A program made the translations under genes and the position numbers. Under the pieces are notes generated by a model. The model was given only the letters and a program-made list of their open reading frames with translations, searched no databases and was not told the origin of the DNA. From Epithemia pelagica (taxonomy: Eukaryota; Protista; Bacillariophyta), in assembly GCA_946965045.2 (NCBI GenBank), contig OX337234.1, positions 3,410,001-3,474,000 on the forward strand: 64,000 nucleotides of DNA, in the 5' to 3' direction. Below are positions 24,681 to 35,100 of this stretch, piece by piece. Positions within the stretch are counted from its first letter, which is position 1. Each line of letters starts with the position of its first letter.

Positions 24681-26054
24681 TCATGTGTTCGTGGAATTCG
24701 ACTTGCAATACACAAAACATTTTTCCAAGGCCGAAATGTTCACCTTGACTCGAATGTGGTGAATTTCGGCAATGCCTGGATACAACACGGAGGTATTCGT
24801 CCAGGTTTCTCGGCTCACAATGTGATAGGTGCTTTGTTTCCATCCACCCGTCGCATGTCCCGCTGGATTCAGTCCCGTCTTTTGATAGTCACGTCGACGA
24901 TTCTGGTTCCAGTGGAGAGCACCACGGGTACGAATGCCTCGTGTATGATGTGTCACGTCTTGCGATATGGTGGTAAAGACACCGTCTTGGGGCGGAGGTC
25001 GAAAGGGTGCACCGTGGAACGAATTGGAACAATTGGCCAGGCCCGTATAGGCCAAACGGACAAGCAAATCATCGTCTTCACAACCCCATCCTTGATATTG
25101 ATTGTCCATCCCATTCACCAAGGCCCAATGTTGCTGATGCATCGTCATGACTGCCCCAGCAAATCCAACTGCCCCAGCAAATGCTAGTTTTGGAAGCTTG
25201 AAATTTTTCGATTGGGCTCGAAGGGCCAGGTGCATGGGCATGGTACACTTGTGGTAGGGGACGGCTGAATAAAATGCTGGTACCAAGTCGACATCATGTT
25301 GAGTGATGCATTCCGTTTCGGGTGACACATGATCCAGTCCAACATTGTTGAGTAGGGCTCGATTGAAGAGTTGTTGGTCGGCCTGTTCCACAATATAAAT
25401 GGCAAAGCTGTGCTTTTGTGGCTGTTGCTCGTCTTGCTGTTTGAAGAGTGCCTGCTCTTGATAATGATGTTGCAGATAGTGGGAAAGGTAGACCAAGAAT
25501 CGAGGCAAGTGATAGGGTCGATCTCGATAGGGAATCAGAATGGCATGTCGGTGCTCTTGAATGGTAGTGTCGTTGGTATAGGCCAAGGAATGAACTTGCC
25601 ACGCATCTTGCATGAGACGCTTGGATAGTTTGCATGTAATGGAGCGCTTTGTGTAAGACTTGCGATTCCACAAGAGGTAGGGGAGACTGGTTTGAAGGTT
25701 TTGCAGCCACTCTCGTTTGTCCAAGACACGACGGGTCCAATTGATGGCCTCCATTGATGAATCGGTTGTTGGAGTACTATTCAACCAGGATTTGAGATTT
25801 GCTGCTTCCCCTTGTGGAGACTCGGGTACTACATGAGGAGGAGGAGGAGGAGGAGGGATGGTGCGGTTGCGTATTCCCAGTGTGGTCGCCGAGGAGAACA
25901 AGGAGATTGTTGACATGAGTCGTAATTGTTGCCAAATCAGGAAGAGTATCAAACCTATTTGAAACAGTCCAATCACCATGATGGTGGAACCATGACGAAT
26001 GGAGGAAAGAAAACGGCGATCCATGGCATTCATGGGTGGTTGCCTGTTTCTCAT
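24681..26054 (-). CDS. GT7 beta-1,4-galactosyltransferase-like, tandem copy 1
   Basis: 457-aa ORF; TM; AILIPYRDR, FNRALLNNVG, HDVD, QGWGCEDDDL. Confidence 0.88.
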   Translation of the reverse strand: MRNRQPPMNAMDRRFLSSIRHGSTIMVIGLFQIGLILFLIWQQLRLMSTISLFSSATTLGIRNRTIPPPPPPPHVVPESPQGEAANLKSWLNSTPTTDSSMEAINWTRRVLDKREWLQNLQTSLPYLLWNRKSYTKRSITCKLSKRLMQDAWQVHSLAYTNDTTIQEHRHAILIPYRDRPYHLPRFLVYLSHYLQHHYQEQALFKQQDEQQPQKHSFAIYIVEQADQQLFNRALLNNVGLDHVSPETECITQHDVDLVPAFYSAVPYHKCTMPMHLALRAQSKNFKLPKLAFAGAVGFAGAVMTMHQQHWALVNGMDNQYQGWGCEDDDLLVRLAYTGLANCSNSFHGAPFRPPPQDGVFTTISQDVTHHTRGIRTRGALHWNQNRRRDYQKTGLNPAGHATGGWKQSTYHIVSRETWTNTSVLYPGIAEIHHIRVKVNISALEKCFVYCKSNSTNT

Positions 26055-26388
26055 GGTCCCCTGAACCCTGAATGACCCTGGTCAAATAAAAAAATTAAAA
26101 ATTATTCTGCTGGATTGCTCCTTGGGCTCATCGGTTTTGATGGTCCGATAGAGAGTGATTTGGGGGCTTTGGGCTGCATGCTGCATGGGGATTGGGGGGG
26201 GCACACCCATAGCATTAGCATAATCGGCCAATAGCTCTTCTAACTTTTCTATTATTATTACGAGAAAACTTCATATCCTTATACCATACACGGAGCCCTT
26301 TTTTTCACTGCTGGCAAAACAACACAGTTGTCATCTATTATACATCATCACGTGAACACAGATACTCCAATTAGCTAGAAGTAACCTT

Positions 26389-26901
26389 ATGATCCCCAAA
26401 CCTATCATTCGAATCCCTCTGATCGTCGGCCTGATTCTATACACCGCAGTCGGGAACTGGTGGACTCTGTCACAGCAGAACGCTTCTGCCCCAACAACAA
26501 CACTCAGAACCAAAGAGGAGGTCTAGAACAATCAGAATGCAACGACCCACAATGATTACACGGAGCAGGAGATTCGGGAACAGTGGCTACATTTGCCAGA
26601 GAAGAATCATCAAAAACGATTGGAAATGGTCCACATTCCAAAAACAGCCGGATCGGCATTGGAAATTGCTGCCGCGAAAGCAGGTGTTCCCTGGTCGTTT
26701 TGCCATTTTCGGGTGCGATTTCTCAACCAAGCATTGCCCTTTCCCTTGCCCAACAAAGTCTTTTATCCCAGCGATTCTTCCTTTTCCTCCAACATCTCCA
26801 AGCAGTAGCAACACGAGTACTACTACAGACACATGGGTGGTAACACGCCTTGGCATATCCCTCCAAGTTTCTTTCTCAACACAACCGACCAGCAACTTTC
26901 C

Positions 26902-26941
<40 letters not shown>

Positions 26942-27582
26942 CGACGATCCAGTTGTTCTCCTTTCCTGGATCATTTTACGACCAATCTGCCTTGTTTGCC
27001 GTCGTACGGCATCCGTACGATCGCATGGTGAGTGAATTCAACTACATCCACCAACGAGACTTGAGGGATGGAGGCAAACTGGCAACGGCTTCCGAGTCCG
27101 ACCTCCAAAGGGCCTTGAATGGGTGGCTGCAACAACGATTGATCCCCTATCAAAAGGAAGGATTCCGGCAGACTTTGCACACCGACACGCAACGAACCAC
27201 CACCACCACCACCACCACCACCACTGTTCCTGCGGATGGGAAGGGAGGAGAAACGACGAGCTGTACCACCAGTCTTTTTTCAATCCCACAAGAACGCACC
27301 AACCATTCCATACAGGTTGTACCACTTGGTCGCACGTCTAGGCAACGAGTTCCGAAACAGTACAGGACAGACGATTGCCATTTCATTCCTCAAAGTCATT
27401 TTCTCTCTCCCTTGTCCCTGACGTTCCAAAATGATACGCGGACCACCAATGTCACTGAACCAGCAGACCATCCCAATGGGTGCATCGATAAGGAAGGTTG
27501 TCATGTGCGCGTGGAATTCGACTTGCAATACACAAAACATTTTTCCAAGGCCGAAATGTTCACCTTGACTCGAATGTGGTGA
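26389..27582 (+). pseudogene. Sulfotransferase (Sulfotransfer_2-like) pseudogene, copy 1
   Basis: One frame from ATG 26389 with HIPKTAGSALE (5'-PSB) and FAVVRHPYDRMVSEFNY (3'-PB). In-frame TAG at 26524 (CAG in copy 2) and at 26806. The C-terminus runs into antisense GT7 copy 2. Confidence 0.8.
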
Positions 27583-28847
27583 ATTTCGGCAATGCCTGGA
27601 TACAACACGGAGGTATTCGTCCAGGTTTCTCGGCTCACAATGTGATAGGTGCTTTGTTTCCATCCACCCGTCGCATGTCCCGCTGGATTCAGTCCCGTCG
27701 TTTGATAGTCTTTGCGACGACGTTGGTTCCAGTGGAGCGCAGGACGGGTAAGAATGCCTCGGGTATGATGCGTCACGTCTTGCGATATGGTGGTAAAGAC
27801 ACTGTCTTGGGGCGAAGGTCGAAAGGGTGAACCGTGGAACGAATTGGAACAATTGGCCAGGCCCGTATAGGCCAAACGGACAAGCAAATCATCGTCTTCA
27901 CAACCCCATCCTTGATATTGATTGTCCATCCCATTCACCAAGGCCCAATGTTGCTGATGCATCGTCATGACGGCACCCGAAAAGCGTATAAAGGGAAGCT
28001 TGAAATCTTTGGATTGGGCTCGACGGGCCATGTGCATGGGCATGGTACACTTGTGGTAGGGGACGGCTGAATAAAAGGCTGGTACCAAGTCGACATCGTG
28101 TTGAGTGATGCATTCCGTTTCGGGTGACACATGGTCCAGTCCCACATTTGTGAGGAGGGCTCGATTGAAGAGTTGTTGGTCGGCCTGTTCCACAATATAA
28201 ATGGCAAAGCTGTGCTTTTGTGGCTGTTGCTCGTCTTGCTGTTTGAAGAGTGCCTGCTCTTGATAATGATGTTGCAGATAGTGGGAAAGGTAGACCAAGA
28301 ATCGAGGCAAGTGATAGGGTCGATCTCGATAGGGAATCAGAATGGCATGTCGGTGCTCTTGAATGGTAGTGTCGTTGGTATAGGCCAAGGAATGAACTTG
28401 CCACGCATCTTGCATGAAACGCTTGATTACTTTGCAAGTCATGGAGGGCTTTCGGTAAGACTTGCGATTCCACAAGAGGTAGGGGAGACTGGTTTGAAGG
28501 TTTTGTAGCCACTCTCGTTTGTCCAAGACACGACGGGTCCAATTGATGGCCTTCATGGAATCGGTTGTTGGAGTACTATTCAACCAAGATGTGAGATTTG
28601 CTGCGTTTCGTTGTGGAGACTCTGATACTACATGAGGAGGAGGAGGAGGGATGGTGCGGTTGCGTATTCCAAGTGTGGTCACTGAGGAGAACAAGGAGAC
28701 TGTCGACATGAGTCGTAGTTGTTGCCAAATCAGGAAGAGTATCAAACCTATTTGAAACAGTCCAATCACCATCATGGTGGAACCATGACGAATGGAGGAA
28801 GGAAAACGACGATCCATGGTATTCTTGGGTGGTTGTCTGTTTCTCAT
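27501..28847 (-). CDS. GT7 beta-1,4-galactosyltransferase-like, tandem copy 2
   Basis: 448-aa ORF, close paralogue of 24681-26054 with the same catalytic motifs. Confidence 0.88.
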   Translation of the reverse strand: MRNRQPPKNTMDRRFPSSIRHGSTMMVIGLFQIGLILFLIWQQLRLMSTVSLFSSVTTLGIRNRTIPPPPPHVVSESPQRNAANLTSWLNSTPTTDSMKAINWTRRVLDKREWLQNLQTSLPYLLWNRKSYRKPSMTCKVIKRFMQDAWQVHSLAYTNDTTIQEHRHAILIPYRDRPYHLPRFLVYLSHYLQHHYQEQALFKQQDEQQPQKHSFAIYIVEQADQQLFNRALLTNVGLDHVSPETECITQHDVDLVPAFYSAVPYHKCTMPMHMARRAQSKDFKLPFIRFSGAVMTMHQQHWALVNGMDNQYQGWGCEDDDLLVRLAYTGLANCSNSFHGSPFRPSPQDSVFTTISQDVTHHTRGILTRPALHWNQRRRKDYQTTGLNPAGHATGGWKQSTYHIVSRETWTNTSVLYPGIAEIHHIRVKVNISALEKCFVYCKSNSTRT

Positions 28848-29171
28848 TGTCCCCCCTGAATGACCGTGTGGTCAAATAAAAAAATTAAAAATTATTCTGC
28901 TGGATTGTTCCTTATTGGGCTCATTGGTTTTGACGGTCCCGATAGAGAGTGTGATTTGGGGGCTTTGGGCTGCAGGGGGGGGGGACACCCATAGTATTAG
29001 CATCTAATCGGCTTATAGCATAGCTCCTCTATCCCTTTTCACTTTTCTACTCCTACACTTCATATCCGTAACAATACGGAGCCCTTTTCACTGCTGGCAA
29101 AACAACAGTTGTCATCATCTATTACATGATAAAGTGAACACAGATACTCCTAGGTAGCTAGTAGTAACCTT

Positions 29172-29610
29172 ATGATCCCCAAACCCATCATTCGAATCCC
29201 TGTGATCGTCGGCCTGATTCTATACACCGCAGTCGGGAACTGGTGGACTCTGTCACAGCAGAACGCTTCTGCCCCAACAACAACACTCAGAACCAAAGAG
29301 GACGAGGTCCAGAACAAGAAGAACGCAACGACCCACAATGACACGGAGCAGGAGATTCGGGAACAGTGGTTACATTTGCCAGAAACATCATCATCAAGAC
29401 ACGACGAGTGTCCATGACAAGCAACAACGACGATTGGAATTGGTCCACATTCCAAAAACAGTCGGTTCGGCATTGGAAATTGCCGCCGCGAAAGCCGGTC
29501 TTCCCTGGTCGTTTTGCCATTTTCGGGTCCGATTTCTCAACCCTTGCCAAACAAAGTCTTTTGTCCCAGCGATTCTTCCTTCTCCTCCAACACCTCCAAC
29601 GAGTCCAAGT
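29172..29610 (+). pseudogene. Sulfotransferase pseudogene, copy 2 (frameshifted, 3'-truncated)
   Basis: Near-identical 5' end to 26389; frameshift near 29390 before ELVHIPKTVGSALE; homology to copy 1 ends near 29610. Confidence 0.8.
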
Positions 29611-29782
29611 CGCAGTTGGGTCAGCATCTTCGATGCATTCTCTTTTTTTACTCAATGCACATCGTACATTCAAGGGAGTAAGTGTTGGCGTTGGGTAGAG
29701 GTGTCCTGGGTCCTATGCCATAACAACACCATAGAAGATGTGCTTTGGATGAGTTTGTCGTCCTGTTCTATACTGTGTCATC

Positions 29783-30116
29783 CCCAGGAGGGAAACAGCG
29801 ACAAAAGACAACAGGTTCCTTCCGCAACAAAAACACGACATGGCGAGTATCTCCAGGAAGAAAAATCCACTCCAGCTCAAGGGCAAGTTCCAGATTCTCT
29901 TGGTGACCCTGTTCCTTACTTTGTCTTTTCTTTGTCCATGATCTTTACATCTCTGGTTGAAGACCTTGTGATCCCCAGTTCCTTCAGTGCTCCACTTCCC
30001 TCAAAACGACGGCACGACAATGGAGGACGACCACCAGAACAGAAGTAGTATGTAGTATGCCCAGCAACACCACCAGCCGCAGCCGCAGCAGCAGAGAGAC
30101 GATTGCCTATGTCATC
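29783..30116 (+). pseudogene. 5' fragment of the GT8-like gene
   Basis: Matches 22200-22496, e.g. ttgtccatga.ctttacatctc.ggtt..gaagaccttgtgat and cagagagacgattgcctatgtcatc. Confidence 0.7.
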
Positions 30117-30206
30117 TTGCAAACGACCACAACGACCAAGAAAATCCGGACAGTTGGAAAGGTGATTTATCCATGAGACCACATGTCACTCACCATACGC
30201 AAGCTC

Positions 30207-31598
30207 TCAAACAAAGGTATCCTCTCGAGATATGATTGAGACCACGTGTTGTGCCTCCGCTAATAAGGTTGACAATCGCTCTTGTTCGGCACGTAAATGT
30301 TCATGATCGACAGTTAATTGCGTAGCTTCCTGTTTGAGTGCTTCTATTTCTTGTTTTCGCCGTTGTCGATCTCGTCGGCATCGAAGTACATTTGATCGTC
30401 TGTTCGTCTCTTTACATTCGTTAGCATCCATGGCATCTGGTTCTTCTTGCTTTCGTTTCCCATTTGCGTTCTCGGTGTCGGCGTGCGATGGATCTCCTCT
30501 AGATTCAGCAACAGTGCTTGGTAGGCAAGTGGTTGTGCCGTGGGCGACATTATCAGTCTGGCATGTGCTCGTAGAGGTCAGAGAAGGAGGTTTCTTCAGT
30601 AAGCGATTCTTGTAGACGTGTTCTTCCCACTCTTGTCGTTCTTGACACCAATTGTACCAGTCCTCAGTCGTCCAATCACCACCAAACGCCATTGGAATGC
30701 CTCTCTTGGATAGACCCACGTTCATCAGCTCTTTGAGAATCTGATTGGGCTCGGATTCTACATGAAAGTACATCTTGGGATCTTTGTACCAATAGCGACA
30801 CAATTCGACTACCGCCTTGGAAGCGGTGGCTATTAAATGATGTTTTCGACGAATGGGAATACTGACAAAATGGCCACAGGGGCGGACAGGAAACACCTTC
30901 GATCCGAGATGGGATAGACGATGGGCGAATTCCCAATCGAATTCACATCGGCTTCGTGGAGTCACCAAAACGGCCAAGCCAATCAACAAACCATCCATTT
31001 GCGACAAAATATCTTTGCACACAATACACATGGCATAAAACCACGCACGAAGCTTGTTTTCGTCCGTTGCCGTTTGGGTCCAATTGTTCCGATCATCTAG
31101 GACGACTTTGCGACCCGTATTGGTTTCCGGTAAAATGGTTGGATACCCTGCAAATATGGTATGCACATCTTCGGGAGTGAGGGCACCCGTTCCAGTCAAA
31201 ACCAGCGGTAAAAAGGCTCGTTGAGATCCAAACAGTTTGAGACGTTCCGTCCAATACCGACACAGCCGTTTGGCGGCCTCGAGGATATCGTACTGACAAC
31301 ATCGAACAAACTGGATTGGATCCGACTCGGTGTCGACAAGATCGGGGCATTTTTGCATAGCCTCCTGGTACGCTTGACAGTTCTGACCAGAAGGTAGACA
31401 TTGAATGACGCCATGGACGTAGGTTCGAACTCGCGCTCGCAATAGGGGCAATTGAGAGAGATCTGCGGCCAGTGTGCCTTGTGGAGGAATCACCGTTGAT
31501 CCGTTGTTGTGGATCAAGGCGCCGTTCTGTTGATGATGTAGACTGATGCTAGGATTGGCATCAAGGACTTGACGACGACTGTTTGGAGAGAAATTCAT
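30207..31598 (-). CDS. CRAL-TRIO-like plus bZIP protein, paralogue of 18497-20695
   Basis: ESDPIQFVRCCQYDILEAAKRLCRYWTERLKLFG..RAFLPL..TGTGALT; GIPMAFGGDW; basic region N-x7-R (SNVLRCRRDRQRR) plus zipper. Confidence 0.7.
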   Translation of the reverse strand: MNFSPNSRRQVLDANPSISLHHQQNGALIHNNGSTVIPPQGTLAADLSQLPLLRARVRTYVHGVIQCLPSGQNCQAYQEAMQKCPDLVDTESDPIQFVRCCQYDILEAAKRLCRYWTERLKLFGSQRAFLPLVLTGTGALTPEDVHTIFAGYPTILPETNTGRKVVLDDRNNWTQTATDENKLRAWFYAMCIVCKDILSQMDGLLIGLAVLVTPRSRCEFDWEFAHRLSHLGSKVFPVRPCGHFVSIPIRRKHHLIATASKAVVELCRYWYKDPKMYFHVESEPNQILKELMNVGLSKRGIPMAFGGDWTTEDWYNWCQERQEWEEHVYKNRLLKKPPSLTSTSTCQTDNVAHGTTTCLPSTVAESRGDPSHADTENANGKRKQEEPDAMDANECKETNRRSNVLRCRRDRQRRKQEIEALKQEATQLTVDHEHLRAEQERLSTLLAEAQHVVSIISREDTFV

Positions 31599-32169
31599 TC
31601 TGGATCTTACTCGATCGATCCATTGTTCTGTTGAGTATGTCTCGAGAATTGCTTCCAGCAGAAGATGTTGTGCGTTGTGCGGATGGACGAAGAGCGCATA
31701 TAATCGCGAATAACTAGCGACCTGTTTGATCTTGTTGAGTCGCTTTTGAGGGGACTTTACTTTTCACGACCGGATTCAAATATGATGCCATGGGCGTTCC
31801 GACAGGAGATAGCATCGACGCTAATGACTCTTAGCCGCTGCTTCGGAAGGATCTACCCCACACAATGGTCCTTGTTTGCCCTACAGCAGTGGAGATCATT
31901 AACTGATCGAAATATCATTAGTAACTTCACAATCATCCTTACTGAATGAAGCTAAAATGAAACAAAAGGTGAACGGCTCCCCAGTTGCTTGTTTCCGTTA
32001 AGGTTGTAAGCAGGGTGTTCACGAGAGACCCGTCCCTCGCGGTGGCTTCTTTAGCCTTGATGACGTCCAATGGAGCAGTGTTCACATGTTTTGACAAATA
32101 ACTTTCATCGACTGTCGATAAATATTCGCCTTTAGAGCACGCATGCTGGAGGTTGTCCGTGTGTGTAAA

Positions 32170-35100
32170 TTACAGTTCTCCCTTGATCACGTCCATCAAG
32201 GCTGGTTCGTCCACCTTGAGGAGGCCCCCTTGGTAGACCCATGGCAAAAGATCAATGTCTCCTTGCGTCACATAAATGCCCCGTGGGGCGGCCAGAGTCT
32301 GAGACGTTTTGACGAGTTGCAACATTTTGGATTTGGTAGGTCGGTCATGACCCAAATACCACTGGTAGGCCAAGAGGAGTCGTTGACTTTTTCCCATGAG
32401 AAAGCGTTCCTTGTCTTCTTCCTTGTTATGAACGAGACGATTTTGTTTGACACGAATGTTTTCCTCGATTCGGTCCATGTGCTCTTGGCGTTTCTGACGA
32501 CGTTCTTGCTGGAGCACTCGACGTTCCGATTCCGAGATGGAGGCGGACGAACTTAACGAATCTTTGCCGAGTGGACGTTGATCCAACAATATGAAACAAT
32601 CTGAATCGGATTCATCCGTAAAATCCTGCAACATTCCCATAGTTTTCTTGTATCCGGTTCGACGAGGATTACTTTGCGTTCGATTCCCCTGGTGCGTTGT
32701 TGGTACTGTCGTCGTAAAAGGTGATGGAGGTAGTTGCGAAAGGTACTGCGCCTTTGTTGTACCTCCGCGATTACCCAGCCTGGATTCCGATTCGGAGCGC
32801 TTGAGACAGCTTTTGCGTGGTGAATTGGATCGAGTAGCGACCGCGGGAGAGACGAAGAAGGTAGAATCTTCTTCATTTCCCACTGACGACAAGTTCTTGA
32901 CTGTTTGGGATCGTGCCAGTTTGCGTTTGGGCTTGGGCGACGCGGCACGGGCAGCGGTGAGCGATGGAGATTGATCCAGACGACTGGTCTTTAGTGGTTC
33001 GTGTGCTTCCTCCGGGGACGACGGTGTTCCCAAATTCTTGAGGGTTTGAGAACGGGTGATTCCTCGCTGCAGGCGTTTGCGCTGAGGCGAAGAACGGGTA
33101 CCTGTAGTAGCAGACGGTTGTTGGTGCTGTGGTGGTGGTGGTTGAAGCACCATTTCCTTGTCCTCGAAAATCGGTGTGTTCCCCAAGTGTTTGACCGTTC
33201 TGGAACGGACGAGTCCTCTCTGAATGGGACGACTCATTGGGCAAGAAGAAGAAAATGGTTCTTGGTGCTCGGATCGAATAGTCTGCTGCTGCCGCAGTTG
33301 TTGTTGTGGTTGTTGCAGCGCCTCTTCGGCGTCCTCGAGCATCGGTGTGTTCCCCAAGTGTTTGACCGTTCTGGAACGAACAAGTCCTCTCTGAATGGGA
33401 CGATTCGTTGGGGAAGAGGCTCGAGCAGAGGAAGATGGTACGCGTCCAAGCTGAGCTTCGGAATGCGACCGTACAAACGCAGGTTTCCTAGTCTTATTGC
33501 TTTTCGTCGTCGTCGTCATCAACTTGCGGTCCATACTGCTACTGCTCAAATCCTGTAATTCTTGTTGCTGCTGTTTCTGTTGTTTTTGGTTATATGGAGG
33601 AGAAATGCCTCGACCACTGGGACTGTCATCACGAACCGTTGTGGCAGACTGATGTTTTGATGGAACCGTTGAGGTTGTTTGTGTGCTTCTCGTACGACTG
33701 CTGGCACGATATTTCAAGGGGGATTCTCCTGAACGGGTGTTTCCCAGGGATGATGGTTGTCTTGTTGGGCTGCGAGGCCTCGTTGATGCGGTCATTGGAG
33801 CAACATTGTTGTTATAGTTGATGATGCTGTTGCGGATACTACTGCTGGAACGGCGACGACTCCCCTTGGGTGAGGGAGATCGCGGTCGAGAACGTCCTGT
33901 CATTGTGCTTGTGTTGGTCTTGGTGGTCGCCGTTGTTGGAGTGGATCCAGGGCCCACCGAAGCACTGGAACGGCGAGTCTTGGCAGTAGTAGTAGTATTG
34001 GAGGTTGGTTCGATCATGGCGACTGACAGCGCTTGTTTGGGAGAAGGAGACTTGGAACGACGACGACAATGACGCCCCTGGCCTGGCGTGTTTGTGGAGG
34101 TTCCTTTGGAAACGGACGAGGAAGAGGAGGAGGAAGCCATGCTACTGGTGGTCGGTTGGATGGTTCCAATACTTGGTTTGGTTCGGGACGGTGATCGAGA
34201 TACAGCGCCACGATCCAAGGTACGGCGATGTGTACTGCTGGAGGTGCTGGCGGTTGTTTCTCGTGAGGCACGGATGGAAGAGGCCGCCACAGGTGTACCT
34301 GGCACTGGAGAGGCACTCCTGGTGGTCCTGGTTGTTCTTGTCGTTGTTGTTGTTGGAGAGGAAGACGACAGGGGAGCCGATTGGTCTTGGGAAACCAACA
34401 TCATGGCAGCTGCCAAGAGTTGGAGACGAGCCATGTCAAACATTTCGGGTGTTACGGTTGTTGGTGTTGCTGGCGTTGTCCCAGTTGTTGTTGGTGGTGT
34501 GGTGGTGACAGTTTTTGTCGTTGGTGGTGTTGGTGGTGGTGGTGGTGAGGGGACCATGGTTGGGGGAGTGGTGGAGTTTGTGTGTGATGTTGGTGTTGTC
34601 GATGAGGTTGTTGCGGCCTTGGTCCGTCGGCTGGATTCCCCACGAGCATTTTTATGATTGTTATTCTTGGAAGGAGAGGGTGACCGGATGGTTGCTGGTG
34701 GCACCATCATTGCATCAGGATCCGTACTAATAGAAGTTTGGAGGGCCAGTAACTCTACGGGTGACTGGATAATGGGTGTCGGCACCACGACCGACAACAA
34801 GGGTTGTGTGGTTTGCAAAGCATTGTCTTCTCGTCGTCCCAGTGTTGTTGTTGTTGTCGTAGTAGTAGTAGCATTGGTTCTGTTTATTGGCATGCCATTC
34901 GTATGGTTGCTACTCGTGCTGTTGTTGCAAGAGGAATGACTGGTCCGATGGCTGCTGGCACTGCTCATGCTAGTCGTTCGGCGAGTGACATTCTTACCAC
35001 CACTTGTGCTGCGATTGCTCGTACTGCTGTTTTGACTGCTCATGCTGCTGGATCGTTTCGAGTCCATTCCATTCATGAAATTGGAGGATGATGATGTTGT

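Noticed and set aside
26806-26814. TAG-CAA in the sulfotransferase, resembling the TMV readthrough context
   Set aside because: A second in-frame TAG at 26524 is CAG in the paralogue and the C-terminus is missing; nonsense mutation is simpler.
26833-27582. Apparent tail-to-tail gene overlap with GT7 copy 2
   Set aside because: Run-on of a truncated pseudogene across the duplication breakpoint.
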